DNA of 64,000 bases from Phaeosaccion multiseriatum (lineage: Eukaryota; Protista; Ochrophyta, other classes). The translations under genes and the position numbers were made by a program. The notes beneath the pieces are model-generated. The model was not told the origin of the DNA. It was given only the letters and a program-made list of their open reading frames with translations, and did not search any database. Shown here one piece after another: positions 36,834 to 50,700 of this stretch (position 1 is its first letter; each line of letters opens with the position of its first letter). The stretch is taken from the NCBI GenBank assembly GCA_965112735.1, contig OZ218953.1, forward strand, positions 3,534,001-3,598,000. Reading direction: 5' to 3'.

Positions 36834-39800
36834 TCATTTCGAGAGGGCTTGTAACCGACTCCTGATTTGGCCGTGCAGGTCGCAGAGGTGCTCCACGTAC
36901 GAGGGGCCGTGGGGCGTCTTGTCCTGGATCAGGCTGCTCACGAAGTCGCTCTGCCGGGCCCGGGGGGTGGGGTGCGGAGGGCGAGCACACAGCAGGGTGG
37001 GGTGGGGTGGGGTGGGTGAGAAACACTCTACGAAAGTAGAACCGGTCTGCCACAACCGAACTGACAAAATCGGGTACAAAATAGACTCAGTCCCGCCACT
37101 CTTTCTCCCCCCCAAAAAGCCGCCCAAAGCCCCGCCGTGCCCCTCGCCTCACCTCCTGCTGAGATCCCGTGTTGAGCACGACAACCTGCACGGCGTGGCA
37201 AACCAGGGTCATCTCGGCCCGCAGCTTGCGGATTAGGGCCCAGCACGACTCCAGCAGTTGGTCGTCCACAGGTCGGGGCTCTGGTCGTGGCTCCAGCTCT
37301 GGCCTCAGGTGGAGGTGTAGCTGGGCCACAGGGTCGTCGGGCAGCGCCGACACGCCGAGCAGGGAGTGCAGCACAGGCGGGGGGCATGCCTTGCCCACAA
37401 AGAGGAAGAGACCCACGGCTGGGCTGTCCAGCAGGAACACCCCGCCCACAGAGAGCTTCTCCGACGAGCAGGGCAGCGGCTGGGGTGACGAAGACACCCC
37501 TGCTGCGACAGTGGTCACTACCGACGAGGGCGAGGTGGTGGTGGTGGTGGTGGTGGTGATGGCGAAGAGGCGAGGGTGCAGCGTCTTGATGACGTCCACC
37601 GTGCGCATCTTCTTGAGCAGGTGCAGCTGCAGCCCGCGCTGGTCGGCAACAGGGTCGCAGGGCAGCCAGTTCTTGGCGTTACGTCGGTTCTCCCGCAGGC
37701 CCACTGTCAGCCCACGGGGGAAGTAGGCAGGTAGGCAGGTAGGTAGGTAGGTAGGTAGGTAGGTAGGTAGGTAGGTCGGTAAGTAGGTAGGTAGGTAGGT
37801 AGGAAGGAAGGAAGGAAGGGAGGGAGGTAGGTAGGTAGGTAGGTAAGTAGGTAGGTAGGTAGGTAGGTAGGTAAGTAGGTAGGTAGGTAGGTAGGTAGGT
37901 AGGAAGGAAGGGAGGGAGGTAGGTAGGTAGGTAGGTAGGTTGGTTGGTAGGTTGGTAGGTAGGGAGGCAGGTAAGTAAGTAGGCAGGAAGAAGGAGGTAG
38001 GTAGGTAGGCAGGTAGGTGAGTGGGTGGGTGAGAGCGCGGTAAGAGGTGCGGCGGAAACCAGAGGAGGAGGGTAGGTCAGTCAGTCTGTGAGTGATCTCT
38101 CTGTCTGCCTTGCCTCTCTGCAGGCATGCCCTCCGTGAGGGCCCACCCACCCATCCACCCACCCAAAAACCTACCCCCCCACGCACCCCCGCACTCATCC
38201 ACCCAGCCACCCACCCACGCACCGTGCTTCCGGAGCGCCAAGGAGAAGAGCGGCAGCGTCCGCATGGACTCTGGCAAAATGAGCTGCCCCGGGGGGAAGT
38301 TTGTCGCGCAGTGGAGCCGATACGCCAGCAGCATGTCCAGCACAGCCCGCTCCATGCTCGCCTGCACCTGCGCTACAAGCGTTCCCAGGATTTGCTCCTC
38401 GGACTTGTTCCTCCCGTCTACACCTCCCAGCCAAGAGGAGGAGGAGGAGGACGAGGAGGAGGAGGCAGAAGATAACCAGGAGGAGACGGAGGGCGTCGAG
38501 CACGGCGGAGAGAGGCTCAGGGCGGCCTGCCGGGCCAGGAAGGTGGTGACGCACTCCACATCGGCGGCCTGGAACACACTGGCCGGGTCGGAGGACAACA
38601 CCAGCGCCAGCGAGTGGCATCGCACGCGTCTTTGCCCCTCAGGACATGTGTACACGAGTGCGGCCTGCACGTACACCAGGTTACCAACGCTGTCGCCCTT
38701 GCCCGCCTTGGCGCTTCCTCCTCCTCCTCCGCCGCCGCCGCCGCCTATTTTCATGGCCCCCATGAGGCCCCCCGGGGAGTGCTCGAGCTGCACCAGCACA
38801 CTCGTCTCTCTCGTGAGCACGGGCACTTCCAGCTCCCCGTCCACAGCCTCGCTGCCCACACCCGACAAATAGGGGCTCACCACTTCGAAGCCCGAGCTGC
38901 AGCGCACCTTCAGGATCGCGTCGAGCGCCACTGTGCCGCCTGTCTCACTACTGCCTCCTCTCGTCGGCAGCCCAGCTCTCCCTTGCCCCCCATTGCTCCT
39001 CGCTCCTCCTTCGCCATTGCCCTGACCACTGCCCAGTGCCAAGGCAGCGACGAGGCGGGCAGCGATGGCCTCCTTCTGCTGCCTCGGCGCCACGTCCTCG
39101 CGGACAAGCTCCTGATGGCCGTATTGGCCGGCGGGGGCTGCAAGAATTTGAGTCGATAGGCCCTCCAGCAGAGTGATGTGACCGCCCGTCACGTCGGCAA
39201 GCTGAGGCAGCAGGCAAGACGGAGAAGAGGAGCCAGGGGCGAGACAAAATGAGGTGTTAGGGGGGGGGGGCGGATTCTTGCGGCACAAACGCTGCATGTA
39301 CTGACACGACTGTTGACGAACAAAACGTCCTTCGCCCCTTCTTCTTCCCCCATCACACTTGGCGACCACGCGCAGGGTGCGTGTACTCTTTCCCTCCCGT
39401 CCCCCCCCCCCTGCCCGCCCATCTGCATCGTCCACCCATCCGCCAGCTCCAGGACCAGACACACACACGCACCTGAGCGAGGGCGGGTATGTCCCAGCAC
39501 GCCCCTCCCCCGATGCCCAGCCCCACACCCTTGCTTGACGCCCCTCGGCCGTCGCTCTCCCCTGCGTCGCGGCTCAGCAGCAGCAGCAGCTCTATGCTAA
39601 TCTGCAGCCGGTACAACACGAAAAGACGGGTTGGGAGGTTACTTTCAGAGGTTACTTTCAGTCCTGTGCCCCTGGCGGTAGGTACAGAGGAGGGGGGGGG
39701 GAGGGGCTCTGGAGCAGTTCTGCTCGAAGCAGCAGCAGCAGCAGCAGGAAGATGAACGCAAGATAGACATTGGAGTCGGACAGGAGATGGCTTGCGTCAC

Positions 39801-42591
39801 TTGTAAAGAAGAAAAAGGCCACACAGCCCGCACACGCCCGCCCGCCCACCCACCCACCCATCCATCCACCCGACCTGATTCGCGGCGCACACTTTGGCGA
39901 GCTTCTGGTAATAGCCCCCATCCTTTGGAGGCCTGTACAGCAGCTCCTCGCTGTTGGTGCCGTAGAGACGTCCCATCTCCGCGTTCCCAGGGCGGGGCGG
40001 AGTGGTGATCTTGCCAGCCCCCTCGTCGGGCGGGGAGTACCCCATTAAGAACATTCGGCCCCCGAGGTTGTTGAGGCTCATGGCAGCGGCCTTGAGGGCA
40101 GCACCGCCCACGCTGGCGCTCTTGTCCTGGGGGGGGAGGACGGGGGACACGATGAGTGACGGATGCAGCGCATGTCAATGGGGATAGGAGTAGGCGCGTG
40201 AGGGAGGGCGGGGGGGGGGGGATTGCTCCTTCGCATCAGTGAAGTTACGCAGTCCCCAAATCCGTGCACCCCCCTGTCTGCAAGTGAAACCGCACCCACC
40301 AAACCCACGCACCCATATCCTCCCCACTTTACAGACAGAACAAAAGACCCTCTCTCCTCACCGACAGGACGCCGCCGCAGCGTTGCCTGTGCGTCTCGGC
40401 GTGAGTGGCCAGCAAGCCCGGCACACTCTCCAGCAGCTCGTTCAGCGTCACCGAGTAGCTCCGCGAGGGGCATGGGCATGATCCTCCTCCCCCCCCTTCT
40501 CCTCCTCCTCCTGCTCCTGCTGCCTCATCCCCTCCCTGCCTTCCGTCCTCACTCGCTCCTCTGGGCAGCGCGGGCAGGAGCCAGTGCTCCCGTGGGAGGG
40601 CGCAGAAGGGGTCGTCCGCGTCCGTCATAATCGCCATTTGTAAGCCCCCCCGGGCCGTGACTCGGTAGAAGTGTACGGAGGTGTCGAAGGTGACGAGTCC
40701 CACTCGGGCCCGCCTCCAGTGCCGCCTATCCGCCTCTGTACGGCCGTTCACGGGATCTGATGATGATGACCATGATGATGATGATGATGATGATGACGGT
40801 GGTGCTGTAGTCCCGTTCTGATCCCCCCCCCCTTCCCCTCCTGTTAGTCCCCGTGTTGCCGTTGCCATGGCCTCTCCGACGGCGGCGAGGCATGCTTTAG
40901 AGAAGCCGCTTGCCATGGCCTCGGGGCAGCAGTCCACTGCGAACACGTAAATCGGCTCCTGCACATCACATGGGTGTTGCATATGGGTATCCATCAGTCA
41001 GTCAGTCAGCCAGTCAGGGAGGGGAGGGGAGGGGAGGGGAAACTACCCACTCCGGGCAAGGGCCAAAAGGCGAGTGCCGCATCAGGCGGGTCAGTGAGAT
41101 GCACAAGCAAGCGAAGACATACAGCGAACTACACCGACGTCATCCAACGTGTACGCGTGGAGCGCAGTCAAACAGCCCCTCGCCCTTGGCTTCCGCTACC
41201 GTCTTGGCTAGCACACCCGCACGCACGCACGCACGCACGCACGCAACACGCACCTGCAGGGGCCGCACGCTGTACTCCTTTGGCACTTTAAAGTCCACAC
41301 TGCCGCAAGAGAGCTCTGGTCTTTGCAGGTGGTCGTACCTCAGGCCAGACGCGTCCACGTTGTCTTGGTAGTGCCGGGGTACGTCGTTGAGCATTGCACA
41401 CAGCGGACACTCCCACTGCGCGCCAGAGGGAGCCACGAACCTGATCATGCCACCACCACCACCAACCAGCACACAGCAGTGGCGGCGACAGCAGCACGAA
41501 CAGCAGCAGCAGTAGCAGCAGCAGCGGCACAACAATGGTTGGCGAAGAGCAAAGATTCAGAGTGAGGGTCAGTTAGAGAAGGAGGCGAGGGATGTAACAA
41601 CGAGAGAGGCGGAGCGAGCAGGAGCTCCCCTCTCCTCTCCTCACGCCTCTCCTCATGCTCTACACGTACTTTGCGTGGCAGCTGATGTAGGCCCTGCACC
41701 TTGAGCAGCGTGGAGGGCCGGCATCGCCGAAGTCCACCACGGGCACAGGCGCTTCCCCGTTCGCAGGGGCTGCCATTGGACACACCTCCACCGCCAGAGG
41801 AATCTGATGTCGCGACGTCGCAGGGCACAAGCGGCAAGGGCGTGAAGGTCACAGGTGGCGGCAATGGCAACAACGTCCGTGCGAGTGGGAGAGTGGGTGT
41901 GTGGGAGTGGGAGCCGAGGACGCAGATAGAAGAGTGTTTCTGAGCACCGCGAAGTACTCCCTGTATCTCTGTCTCTGTCTCTCCTGCTGGAGGGCCCCGC
42001 GCCGCCCCCTTCCCTTCCCTCCCTATCTCTCCCCCTTCCCCTGCCTGCTCCATCCCCTTCTCCCCCTCCCTCCGCTTGCGCTCACTCACTTTCAGAGCCT
42101 TGAGCGTCTCTTTGTCCAGCGGCACGCAGCCGAGGGTGGGCCGCATAAAGCGCGGACCGGCGTTACCTGAGCGTACACGGTTTGGGTAGATGGGTAGATA
42201 GATAGGCAAGCAGGTACATGAGTAGGGGAAGATGAGAGTTGGAAGAAAAAAAATGAGTCAACAGCCAGGAGTAGAGGCGGAAACATGTGTGGTGTGGTGT
42301 GACAAATGAATTAACAACACGCCACTCCCTTCTCTCCCGCACGCACCCTCGTCGACCGTGCAGAAGGAGGAAGAGGCCAGCGGTCGGCTCCGCTTGCTCA
42401 CGGGCGTACACGTGTAGTACTTTGCCGTCTCTGCGCTAAAGTCCGGCTGCGGTACTTGGGCAGGATCGATGCGAGGGACGTCCGCTGCCATCCTCTGTGC
42501 TGCTGGTGCTGGTGTTGCTGGCCCGGTCGGGCCTTGTCCCGGAGGACCCCCTGAAGGCGGGTAGCCGTGCCTCGAGGAGGCTGGCGGGTAA

Positions 42592-42626
<35 letters not shown>

Positions 42627-43418
42627 TCCGTACTGCTGCCCCGCGAACGGGGGGGGCTGCTGCTGCGGCTGTCCGTACTGCTGCCCCTGCTGTGATTGCT
42701 GCCACTGTGGCTGTTGTGACGCTATCCCCCCTCCGTGATGTCCTGACTGCTGCTGCTGCCGTTGCTGCTGCTGCTGCTGCGGCGGCGGCGGCGGCTGTTG
42801 CGTCTGCCGCATCTGCATCTGCGGCGGCCCAGGGGGTGCCCCCGTCCCTGAGGAATACCGCCCCATCCCGGGCCCCGTCATCGCCCCTGCCTGCACTGAC
42901 GGTGGTGGGCCCGCGACGCCCATCCGTGCCCCGGCAGATGCTGCTCCACCCGAAGGGGGTTGGTGCAGCGAGGGCCCGGCATACCCTTGCTGTGGTGCTG
43001 GTGGTTGGCGTCCAGCTGCTGGGTAGGATGGTGGAGGGAAAGGCGATGCGACTTGAGGAGGTGCACCACCAGAAGCACCTAAAGACGGCCTCATTCCTGC
43101 TGCGAGGGTCGGCGCAGGAGATGGAGCAGCCGCGGGAGGCCCGCGAGAAGGAGCCACCATGGATGGAGGTGCTCTCAAACTAGAAGCTCCTGCTGGACTT
43201 GGGATGGAGCCCTGCCATTGCTGAGGGGGCAGGGTCGAGCTAGAAGGAGGGCGAGTGCCTGCCGAGCTCGAGAGGTGCCGAGCCTGTGCTGGCTGCTGCT
43301 GCTGCTGCGGCGGCGGCGGCGGCGGCTGTGGCTGCGGCTGCCCATATCCGTTCCCCACCACGGGAGGTCCCTTGTACTGCGGCGGCGGCGGCTGCTGCTG
43401 CTGCCGAAGACGCTGATC

Positions 43419-43472
<54 letters not shown>

Positions 43473-43508
43473 AAACGGAGGCGCTGAAGTCCCTCGATAG
43501 CCTTCCAT
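36834..43508 (-). CDS. SEC24: COPII coat protein Sec24 (SEC24C/D-like), multi-exon
   Basis: Q/P-rich N-terminus, [21 protein letters not shown]. Zn finger [29 protein letters not shown]. Trunk [14 protein letters not shown]. Also [53 protein letters not shown] and C-terminal [16 protein letters not shown]. Confidence 0.93.
37722..38025. repeat. Intronic (GTAG)n/(GGAA)n compound microsatellite in SEC24
   Basis: Directly visible tetranucleotide array. Confidence 0.9.
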
Positions 43509-44270
43509 TTGGCTGTGGAGGAGGGTCCCCTTCCCCTCGCAAAGCCGATCTCTAAAATGCTAATTTCGTCAATCCTACCCACGTGGGTATTGCTGGATCC
43601 CTGCTTTCCTGGCTTGGGTGCTGTCTCTGTAAGATGTGTAAGCAATGGGGGGGGCGGAGGGAGCAAAGAGGCGTGACGGAAGGGGTGAGCGTATGAAGAG
43701 GAAAGAGGAGAAGGGGAAAGTCCGCTTGCCAAGAGACAGAAGCAAAGAAACGCACCATAAAGCACAAGCGCGATGGAACACTCCTTTCGGTCAGTGAACG
43801 CGCTGGTTGGCTCTCCTGTCTACTATTCCCCTACTCCTCCAGAATAACAACATGTGAAGGAGTTGCCATTTGGGGTTACGTCCGTCAGCTCCGGCTACTT
43901 CCTGTCCTATGCTCGATGACGGGCAGGCAGCATCAGGAGGAGAATGGGTAGCAGTCTTGGAGGTAAGCAGTGATAGCAGCTTCCTGGATCATAAGCGGGG
44001 CACGCACTGTCCGTTTTTAGGAAGCTCCCGCTAAAGGTACCGACTCCGAAAGAACGAGGGAGAAAGAGAAAGAGAAAGAGAAAAGTAAATAGATAACCGA
44101 AAGCGCCGAGCTATCGACTAGAGATGTATTCAACAGAGTGATGAAGTTGCTGACGCTGCTGCTTCCCCGGTCTCCCCCCCCCTCACAAATGCAACCTGCC
44201 AGACGTTGAAGCAGAGTAACATACCGACGCAGCAGCAGCAGCAAGAGAGAGGGACTGCTACATAGAAAGG

Positions 44271-45154
44271 ATGAATCGCAGCTTCTCTGTTGAAAGGCTG
44301 ACTCCCCACTTTGGGTCGGCCAAACGAAGTGCCTCCGTTTCGAGCGCTGTGACCAACCTCGTGAGCACCATCATCGGCGGTGAGGCATGTATTCTCGGCA
44401 GTGGGCATATTGCTCTGCGCCCCTCTATCCTGCGAGGAGGGGGGGGAAGAATCTCCGCTGACCTCATACCCTGGGTTTTCCTTTTCTGTCGTGTTTTCCC
44501 CTCCACACCGTCTGCCTGCAGGGGGCGTGCTCTCTTTGCCCTTTGCCCTTCAGCGCGGGGGGCTCATCCCAGGGATTGTGCTCCTGCTGGTGGTGGCAGT
44601 GGCCTCTGACTTCAGCGTCTACACCCTCATCTCGTGCAGGTGAGTGTGGTATGTTCTCAGACCTTTTGCTCATAAAGTTCTTGCTGCCTTCAGTCCTGTG
44701 TGGAATACCGCCCCCCCACCCCCCTTGGCTGGGACTAGTTGCCCCGGCCTCCCTCCCTTAAAAGCCCCCTGGTACACTGCCCAAAGCCTACGCCACCTCC
44801 TTCCGTAATCTCATGTCCCTCCACCCCGCTCAGCCGCCGGTCAGGAGCGGATTCCTTCGGAGACGTCGCGGAAGTCGCGTTCGGGAGATGGGCCAAAATC
44901 GGCACAATGGTGAGCGAGCTGTGCCAAGACTTGACGGAAAGGGGGTTGTTCGGGGGGGAGGGGGGGTTCCCTACCCTCATGTTTCCATGCCCTCAACTCG
45001 AGATGCTTCTCCACCCCACCCCCTAACCGGCCCTGCTGCTACACGTGGTACAGGTGATTATCATTAGCGTGACGTACGTGCCCGCGGTGGCCTACACGAT
45101 TCTCCTGCGGGACCTGCTCACCCCCATCGTGGAGGAGTATCTGCTAGATGACGG

Positions 45155-45197
<43 letters not shown>

Positions 45198-47592
45198 GGT
45201 GGCATGAGTATGAGCATGAGCAGCGGAGACAGCTACCTAGATGTGTACCTGGATGTGTACGGCACCCCTGCCCCTTCCGCCTCGAGCGCTGACGGCATGC
45301 CGGGGGAGGGGGGCGAGTTGAGCCCCTCCGCACAGAACCTGATGGCTCTGGTGCTGCTGCTGTTGATATCCCCCTTCTGCCTCTTGTCCTCCCTGGACAA
45401 GCTCAAGGCGGCGTCGCTGGGTTGCGTCGCTTCCATCATGCTCCTCGCCGCAGCCGTCCTCACAAGGTGAGAGAGAGGTGGGGCAGAGGGACACTCTCTC
45501 GTTGAGGATTGAGGGGCGTGGGTGCGTGCGTGGGTGCGTGCGTGCGTGCGTCTATCCCCCCATCAAAAGCCAACATCTGAACCCCACGCCCGAACCCTTC
45601 CTGACACCCCTGTGACCCTTCCTGACCCTTCCTGGCTCCCGTCCTGACACCATCCTGACCTCCGTCCTCACCCCTCTGTACCTCCCATCCAGAGCGGTGG
45701 GGACCTGCCGGAACGCGACGGACGTGCCGTGGGGACATGCGCTGAGCGGCCCGCGGGAGGGCTGGATGGGAGCGCTGCAGGGCCTTCCCATCTTCGTGTG
45801 TGCCTTCGTGTGCCACTTCAATGTCTTGGTGAGCTCATGTACTGTCCAACTTGACTTCTCCCTCCCTTAGTCCATTCCGTACCCCCCCCCCCCTCACCCC
45901 TCACCCCCTTACCTCTCCACCCTCTCTCTCTCTCTCTCTGTCTCGGCGGTGACGCCAATGCTGGCTTTTACTCTCCGCATCAAGTCTGTCCCTCTCTTCT
46001 TCCGCCCCACCCCTCACCCCCAACCCACTCTCTCTCTCAACCCGCGCACCCCCCCCCCCCACCTCCTCCCCCTTACCCGCCAGCCCCTGCACGGCGAGCT
46101 GCACCGGCCTTCGCGTCGCCGCCTGCACCGCCTCGTGCACTGGACCATGTTCAATGTAGCGATCTTCTACCTCGGGGTGGGCGTGTCGGGCTACTTCTAC
46201 GGCCTGTGCGTGGGACATCTCACGGACAACATTCTCAACGACTTTGACCCCGACGATGTGCTTGTCAACGTGGGGCGGTTGGGGCTGGTGTTGACCATCT
46301 TGCTGGGCTTTCCCCTCATGGTGGTGCCGTGCAGAGAGACCATGCTAGGCCTCTGGGCAGAGCTACGCAAGGGCAAGGGAGAGGGAGAAGGGGAGGAGGA
46401 AGGGGAGGGGAAGCAGGTAGCAGTAGAAGAGCCGCTTCTTCCTTCGCCTTCGCCTTCGCCTTCCCTCTGTGGGGCATGCGCTGCGGTTGCGCTGGCGGCG
46501 GGTGGGGACAACGGGGGAGGCCTCGCGAGGGCCAGTCTGGTGTCCTCTGAGCTCGAAGCGGGAGAGCAGGACGGAGGAGGGGGTGGCAGTGGGATTGGGG
46601 AGGTGTTCGTGTTGGCGGGAACCGAGGGGGGTGGACGGCACCCAATGCCGGAGGAGGAGGAGGAGGAGGAGGACGGGCATGTGTGTCAGCAGTGCGGCGT
46701 GTCCATTGCCGTCATGGCTGGAGAGGGGGTGGAATATGTGGCAGCGAGGGAGGAAAGCGGCCCTTTGGTGGCAGCGTCGCTGCGTAAGAGCGGGGGCGGT
46801 GGCGATGGTGGTGGTGGTGGCAGGGCATGGGGCGGCAGGAGGTGGTTGGGATGGAGGAGGGGGAGGGGCGGCGCGGTAGAGAAGCGTGGCATGGGTGCTC
46901 GGCAAGAAGGAGACGGCCTCAAGGAGCCCTTGCTGGGCAGGGGAGACGATATCGAGAGGGAGGGGGGGCAGGAGCTTGAGGAGAGAAGAGCTCCCGTGGG
47001 CTGGGGAGAGGAGGGAAAAGACGGCTTGAGGGAGGATGCAAGTGACTCCTTGAGCGACAGTACCGACAGCAGCATGAGCCGCGGGGCGAGTTTCCCCCGT
47101 GAGGCGAAGGACAGGACCTTGGGCTCGTTGCTCGCGCCCGACATACTCATGGAGAGGGGCGAGGGCAGCGACGGGGGCGGCGATGGCTATGGGGATGGCA
47201 GTGGACGTGTCATTGCCTTCTCTGGGCAGGGGATGAAGGGGAAGGGGGAGGAGGAGCAGCAAGAAACAGCAGCACCCCCCCCGTCTCCCCCCTCCTCCAT
47301 GCTCGTCCATGTGGCCTTGACCTATGCAATCCTGCTGACGGTGGTGGGCCTGGCCTCTGTGCTGACGAGGGTCACGGACGTGTGGGGGCTGCTGGGGAGC
47401 AGCTTCAACACGCTCGTGGCCTTTGTCATTCCGTGCGCTTGCTACCTCAAGATTCGCAAGTACCACCGCCCGAGGAAGGGCAAGCGCTTCCACTATGTGC
47501 GCAAGCGGATGGCGAGGATCCTATTGTGGAGCTCGACCGTGCTGGGCATTGTATGCTTCGCCAATCAGCTCTATGTAATGGCCAGCAGGTAG
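44271..47592 (+). CDS. Amino acid transporter, AAAP/SLC38 (AVT6-like), multi-exon
   Basis: SAVTNLVSTIIGGGVLSLPFA, SFGDVAEVAFGR, LSSLDKLKAAS, LPIFVCAFVCHFNVLPLHGEL, GYFYG..DNILNDF, FPLMVVPCRE, VWGLLGS..AFVIPCACYLKI. Confidence 0.92.
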
Positions 47593-47739
47593 TAAGGAAT
47601 GTGGAATTTGAAGGGAGAGTTGGTGTGGGTTGTAAATAACGTAACCAAGACAAGTTTGTTCCAGCGGAAAAAGCCCCCATCCCTCGCTTCCTCTTCGCCT
47701 CCTTTGGCCCTTTGAGGTCGTGAGGCCCTCCTCAGAGTG

Positions 47740-47799
47740 TCACCAGATGGCTCACCAGATGGCTCACCAGATGGCTCACCAGATGGCTCACCAGATGGC
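47740..47799 (-). repeat. 12-bp tandem repeat x5 (GCCATCTGGTGA = Ala-Ile-Trp-stop) at the end of the minus-strand gene
   Basis: tcaccagatggc x5 on the + strand. Confidence 0.95.
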
Positions 47800-50700
47800 C
47801 TGCTTGCGCCTCATGTCAGCAAGGCGCTGCCTATGCCTCCACTTGATGCGGCGTTCCGTGACCACATTTAGGTCCACGCCGGTGGCCAGCTGGTGCTGGT
47901 ACAGGCGCTCCATCCACGCGTCTGTTTCCTCTCCCGACTGGGGGAGAGCGTCCATCTGTCGCAGCACCTCCAGTAAGGAAGGGACGTAGTCCGGGATGTG
48001 CTTAAACTGCGCCACCAACTGCGAGGAGCAGACGGGAGGGAGGTCGACAGAAGGAGGGGGGGGGAGGAGAAGGAGGGAGCGAGACAGGGAGGGGGGGGGG
48101 GAGAGCCGAGTCAAGCAGTTGAGAAAGGACATTGCATTTCCAGCCCCCCACCCCGGGGTACGTTGCAGCCCCGGTGCAGAGGGAGGGCGGCCGCTCGCCC
48201 CGACCCCCCAACCCTTGAGTGCCGCTGTCCTCCTCCTCCTCCTCCTCCTCCTCCTCCTCCTCCTCCTCCTCCTCCTCCTCCTCCTCCTCCTCCTCCTCCT
48301 CCTCCTCCTCCTCCTCCTCCTCCTCCTCCTCCTCCTCCTCCTCCTCCTCCTCCTCCTCCTCCTCCTCCTCCTCCTCCTCCTCCTCCTCCTCCTCCTCCTC
48401 CTCCTCCTCCTCCTCCTCCTCCTCCTCCTCCTCCTCCTCCTCCTCCTCCTCCTCCTCCTCCTCCTCCTCCTCCTCCTCCTCCTCCTCCTCCTCCTCCTCC
48501 TCCTCCTCCTCCTCCTCCTCCTCCTCCTCCTCCTCCTCCTCCTCCTCCTCCTCCTCCTCCTCCTCCTCCTCCTCCTCCTCCTCCTCCTCCTCCTCCTCCT
48601 CCTCCTCCTCCTCCTCCTCCTCCTCCTCCTCCTCCTCCTCCTCCTCCTCCTCCTCCTCCTCCTCCTCCTCCTCCTCCTCCTCCTCCTCCTCCTCCTCCTC
48701 CTCCTCCTCCTCCTCCTCCTCCTCCTCCTCCTCCTCCTCCTCCTCCTCCTCCTCCTCCTCCTCCTCCTCCTCCTCCTCCTCCTCCTCCTCCTCCTCCTCC
48801 TCCTCCTCCTCCTCCTCCTCCTCCTCCTCCTCCTCCTCCTCCTCCTCCTCCTCCTCCTCCTCCTCCTCCTCCTCCTCCTCCTCCGCCTCCCCGTCCTTAC
48901 CTGCGCGTTGTCCCCCAAGAAGGCGAGCATGCTTTTCTCCGTCCACGTGTTGGGGGGCGGTACGTACAGGCTCTCCGCCGCAGCGTCTGCGGGGTCCTCT
49001 CTACCGCCCATGTTCGACCTCTTGCCCTTGCCCTTGCCCTTCTTACTGTCGTCGTCTTGGTCTTGTCGGCGGTGCTCGTCTCCGACGCTCCAGCCGGCCG
49101 CGTGATACTTGCCGAGTTGGTATTTGAGAAGAACGTCCTGCATGGTGCCCCATTCGCCAGGGGTGGAGCCGATCCCCTGGCACAGCCTACGGCAGGACGA
49201 GGCCGAGCGCGAAGGGCGGAGGGAGGGAGGGAGGGAGGAGACAGAGAGAAGGAGAGAGAGAGGGAAACAATGGGACAGACAGTCACAGACAGACCGTGAG
49301 GCGGGGTATTCCTAAGCAGTGCTGCCCCTCCCCTCGCCCCCCCCCGACTCCTGTGACGCACCACTGCCATCCGCCGGTGACGTTCTGCAGCTGCTCTGCG
49401 GCTCGCGGTTCCTCCCTTACGAGCGTCCACATCATCTGCGCCCCTTGGACTTGAAGTTCGGTTTCGCCGAGGAGACGCTTCATCGTGTGCAGCACAGTCA
49501 CGATCTGAGGGGAGGGGCAGGAGGCAGGAGCAGGTAGAAGCAGGGGCGGGGGCAGGGGAAGGAGGCGGGGGGGGGGGGACGGGGGGCGGGCCGTTCGAGT
49601 TCAGCGCTTTGCTTTCGACCGGGAGGGAGGGACGTGTGCACCAACACGAAGTGCGCGTTTTGGGGGTACATGCTTCTCTCTCCAGTCAGACGGTCAGTCA
49701 GTCAGTCAGTCAGTCAGTCAGTCAGTCAGTCAGACATTCAGTACAGTCAGTCGGACAGTCAGTCAGTCAGTCAGTCAGTCAGTAACGGGCCCTTCTGCTC
49801 CTCACCCCATCGAGCTTCTGCACTTGGTGCCTGCCCTTGGCGGAGGAGCAGCCCAGGAGGAGCACACGTAGACTCGTGACCAGCACCGCAGAGTTGGCCT
49901 CGTAGCGCTGCATCATCTTCAGAGCCTACGAGAGACATGCACGACAGGCAAGACAGGCAAGACAGGCAAGACAGGCAAGACAGGCAAGAGTGGGGCATGA
50001 ATACGCGTAGCAGAGAGGCGTCCACCTGCTTTGAAGCGTGCTTTGAAGCGATGTACTCGTCTACCAGAGGGGGTGGGGACTCGTCTCGGACCACGGCAGA
50101 GCTTCACCAAGCACTCTCCCTCCCACCCTCCCATCACACACAGAGCCAAGCCGTGTCGCCGCAGAACAAGGAAAAGCGGGGGCGCGGTGGCCAGAAGAGT
50201 AGGGGGAGACTTCCTCTCTCACACGAATGCACGCGCGCACGCACGCACGCACCCCCCCATACACCACCAACTGTCCCTGCTTACTTGCGAGATGACGCTC
50301 TGCTTGAGGATGGTCTCCATGCCCTCTTTGGTCCGCCCCAAGAGCTCCAGCACGCTGTGCACGGCCGAGGAAGGAAGGGAGGAGGCCGCAATCGGTGAGG
50401 GAGGCAACAGACAGCGACCAGGGTGGAGGGGAGGAGGGAGGAAGGAAGGGTGGACCGCTTCAGGACATTGGGTGACTGGCTGACAGACTCGCTGCCTCCT
50501 CCGAGCCGGGCCAGGGAGGCGGTCTTGGCTGCGGGCAGAAAGGGAAGACAAATTGGGCAATATCCACACTCGGAGCCCTCACCGAAAGGCGCTGCTGACG
50601 AGGGCCGGGTTGTGCGCGTGTCTGCGGAAGGTGGACACTGTCTGCAGGCTCACGTCAAGGCTGTTGGCTGTCCGCAGGCACTGGTCAAGGCTGCTGTTGG

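Noticed and set aside
47996-49299. Long poly-L/P/S/E/R ORFs
   Set aside because: These are translations of the intronic (CCT)n tract, which is bounded by a GT-AG intron (48900-48019) on the minus strand.
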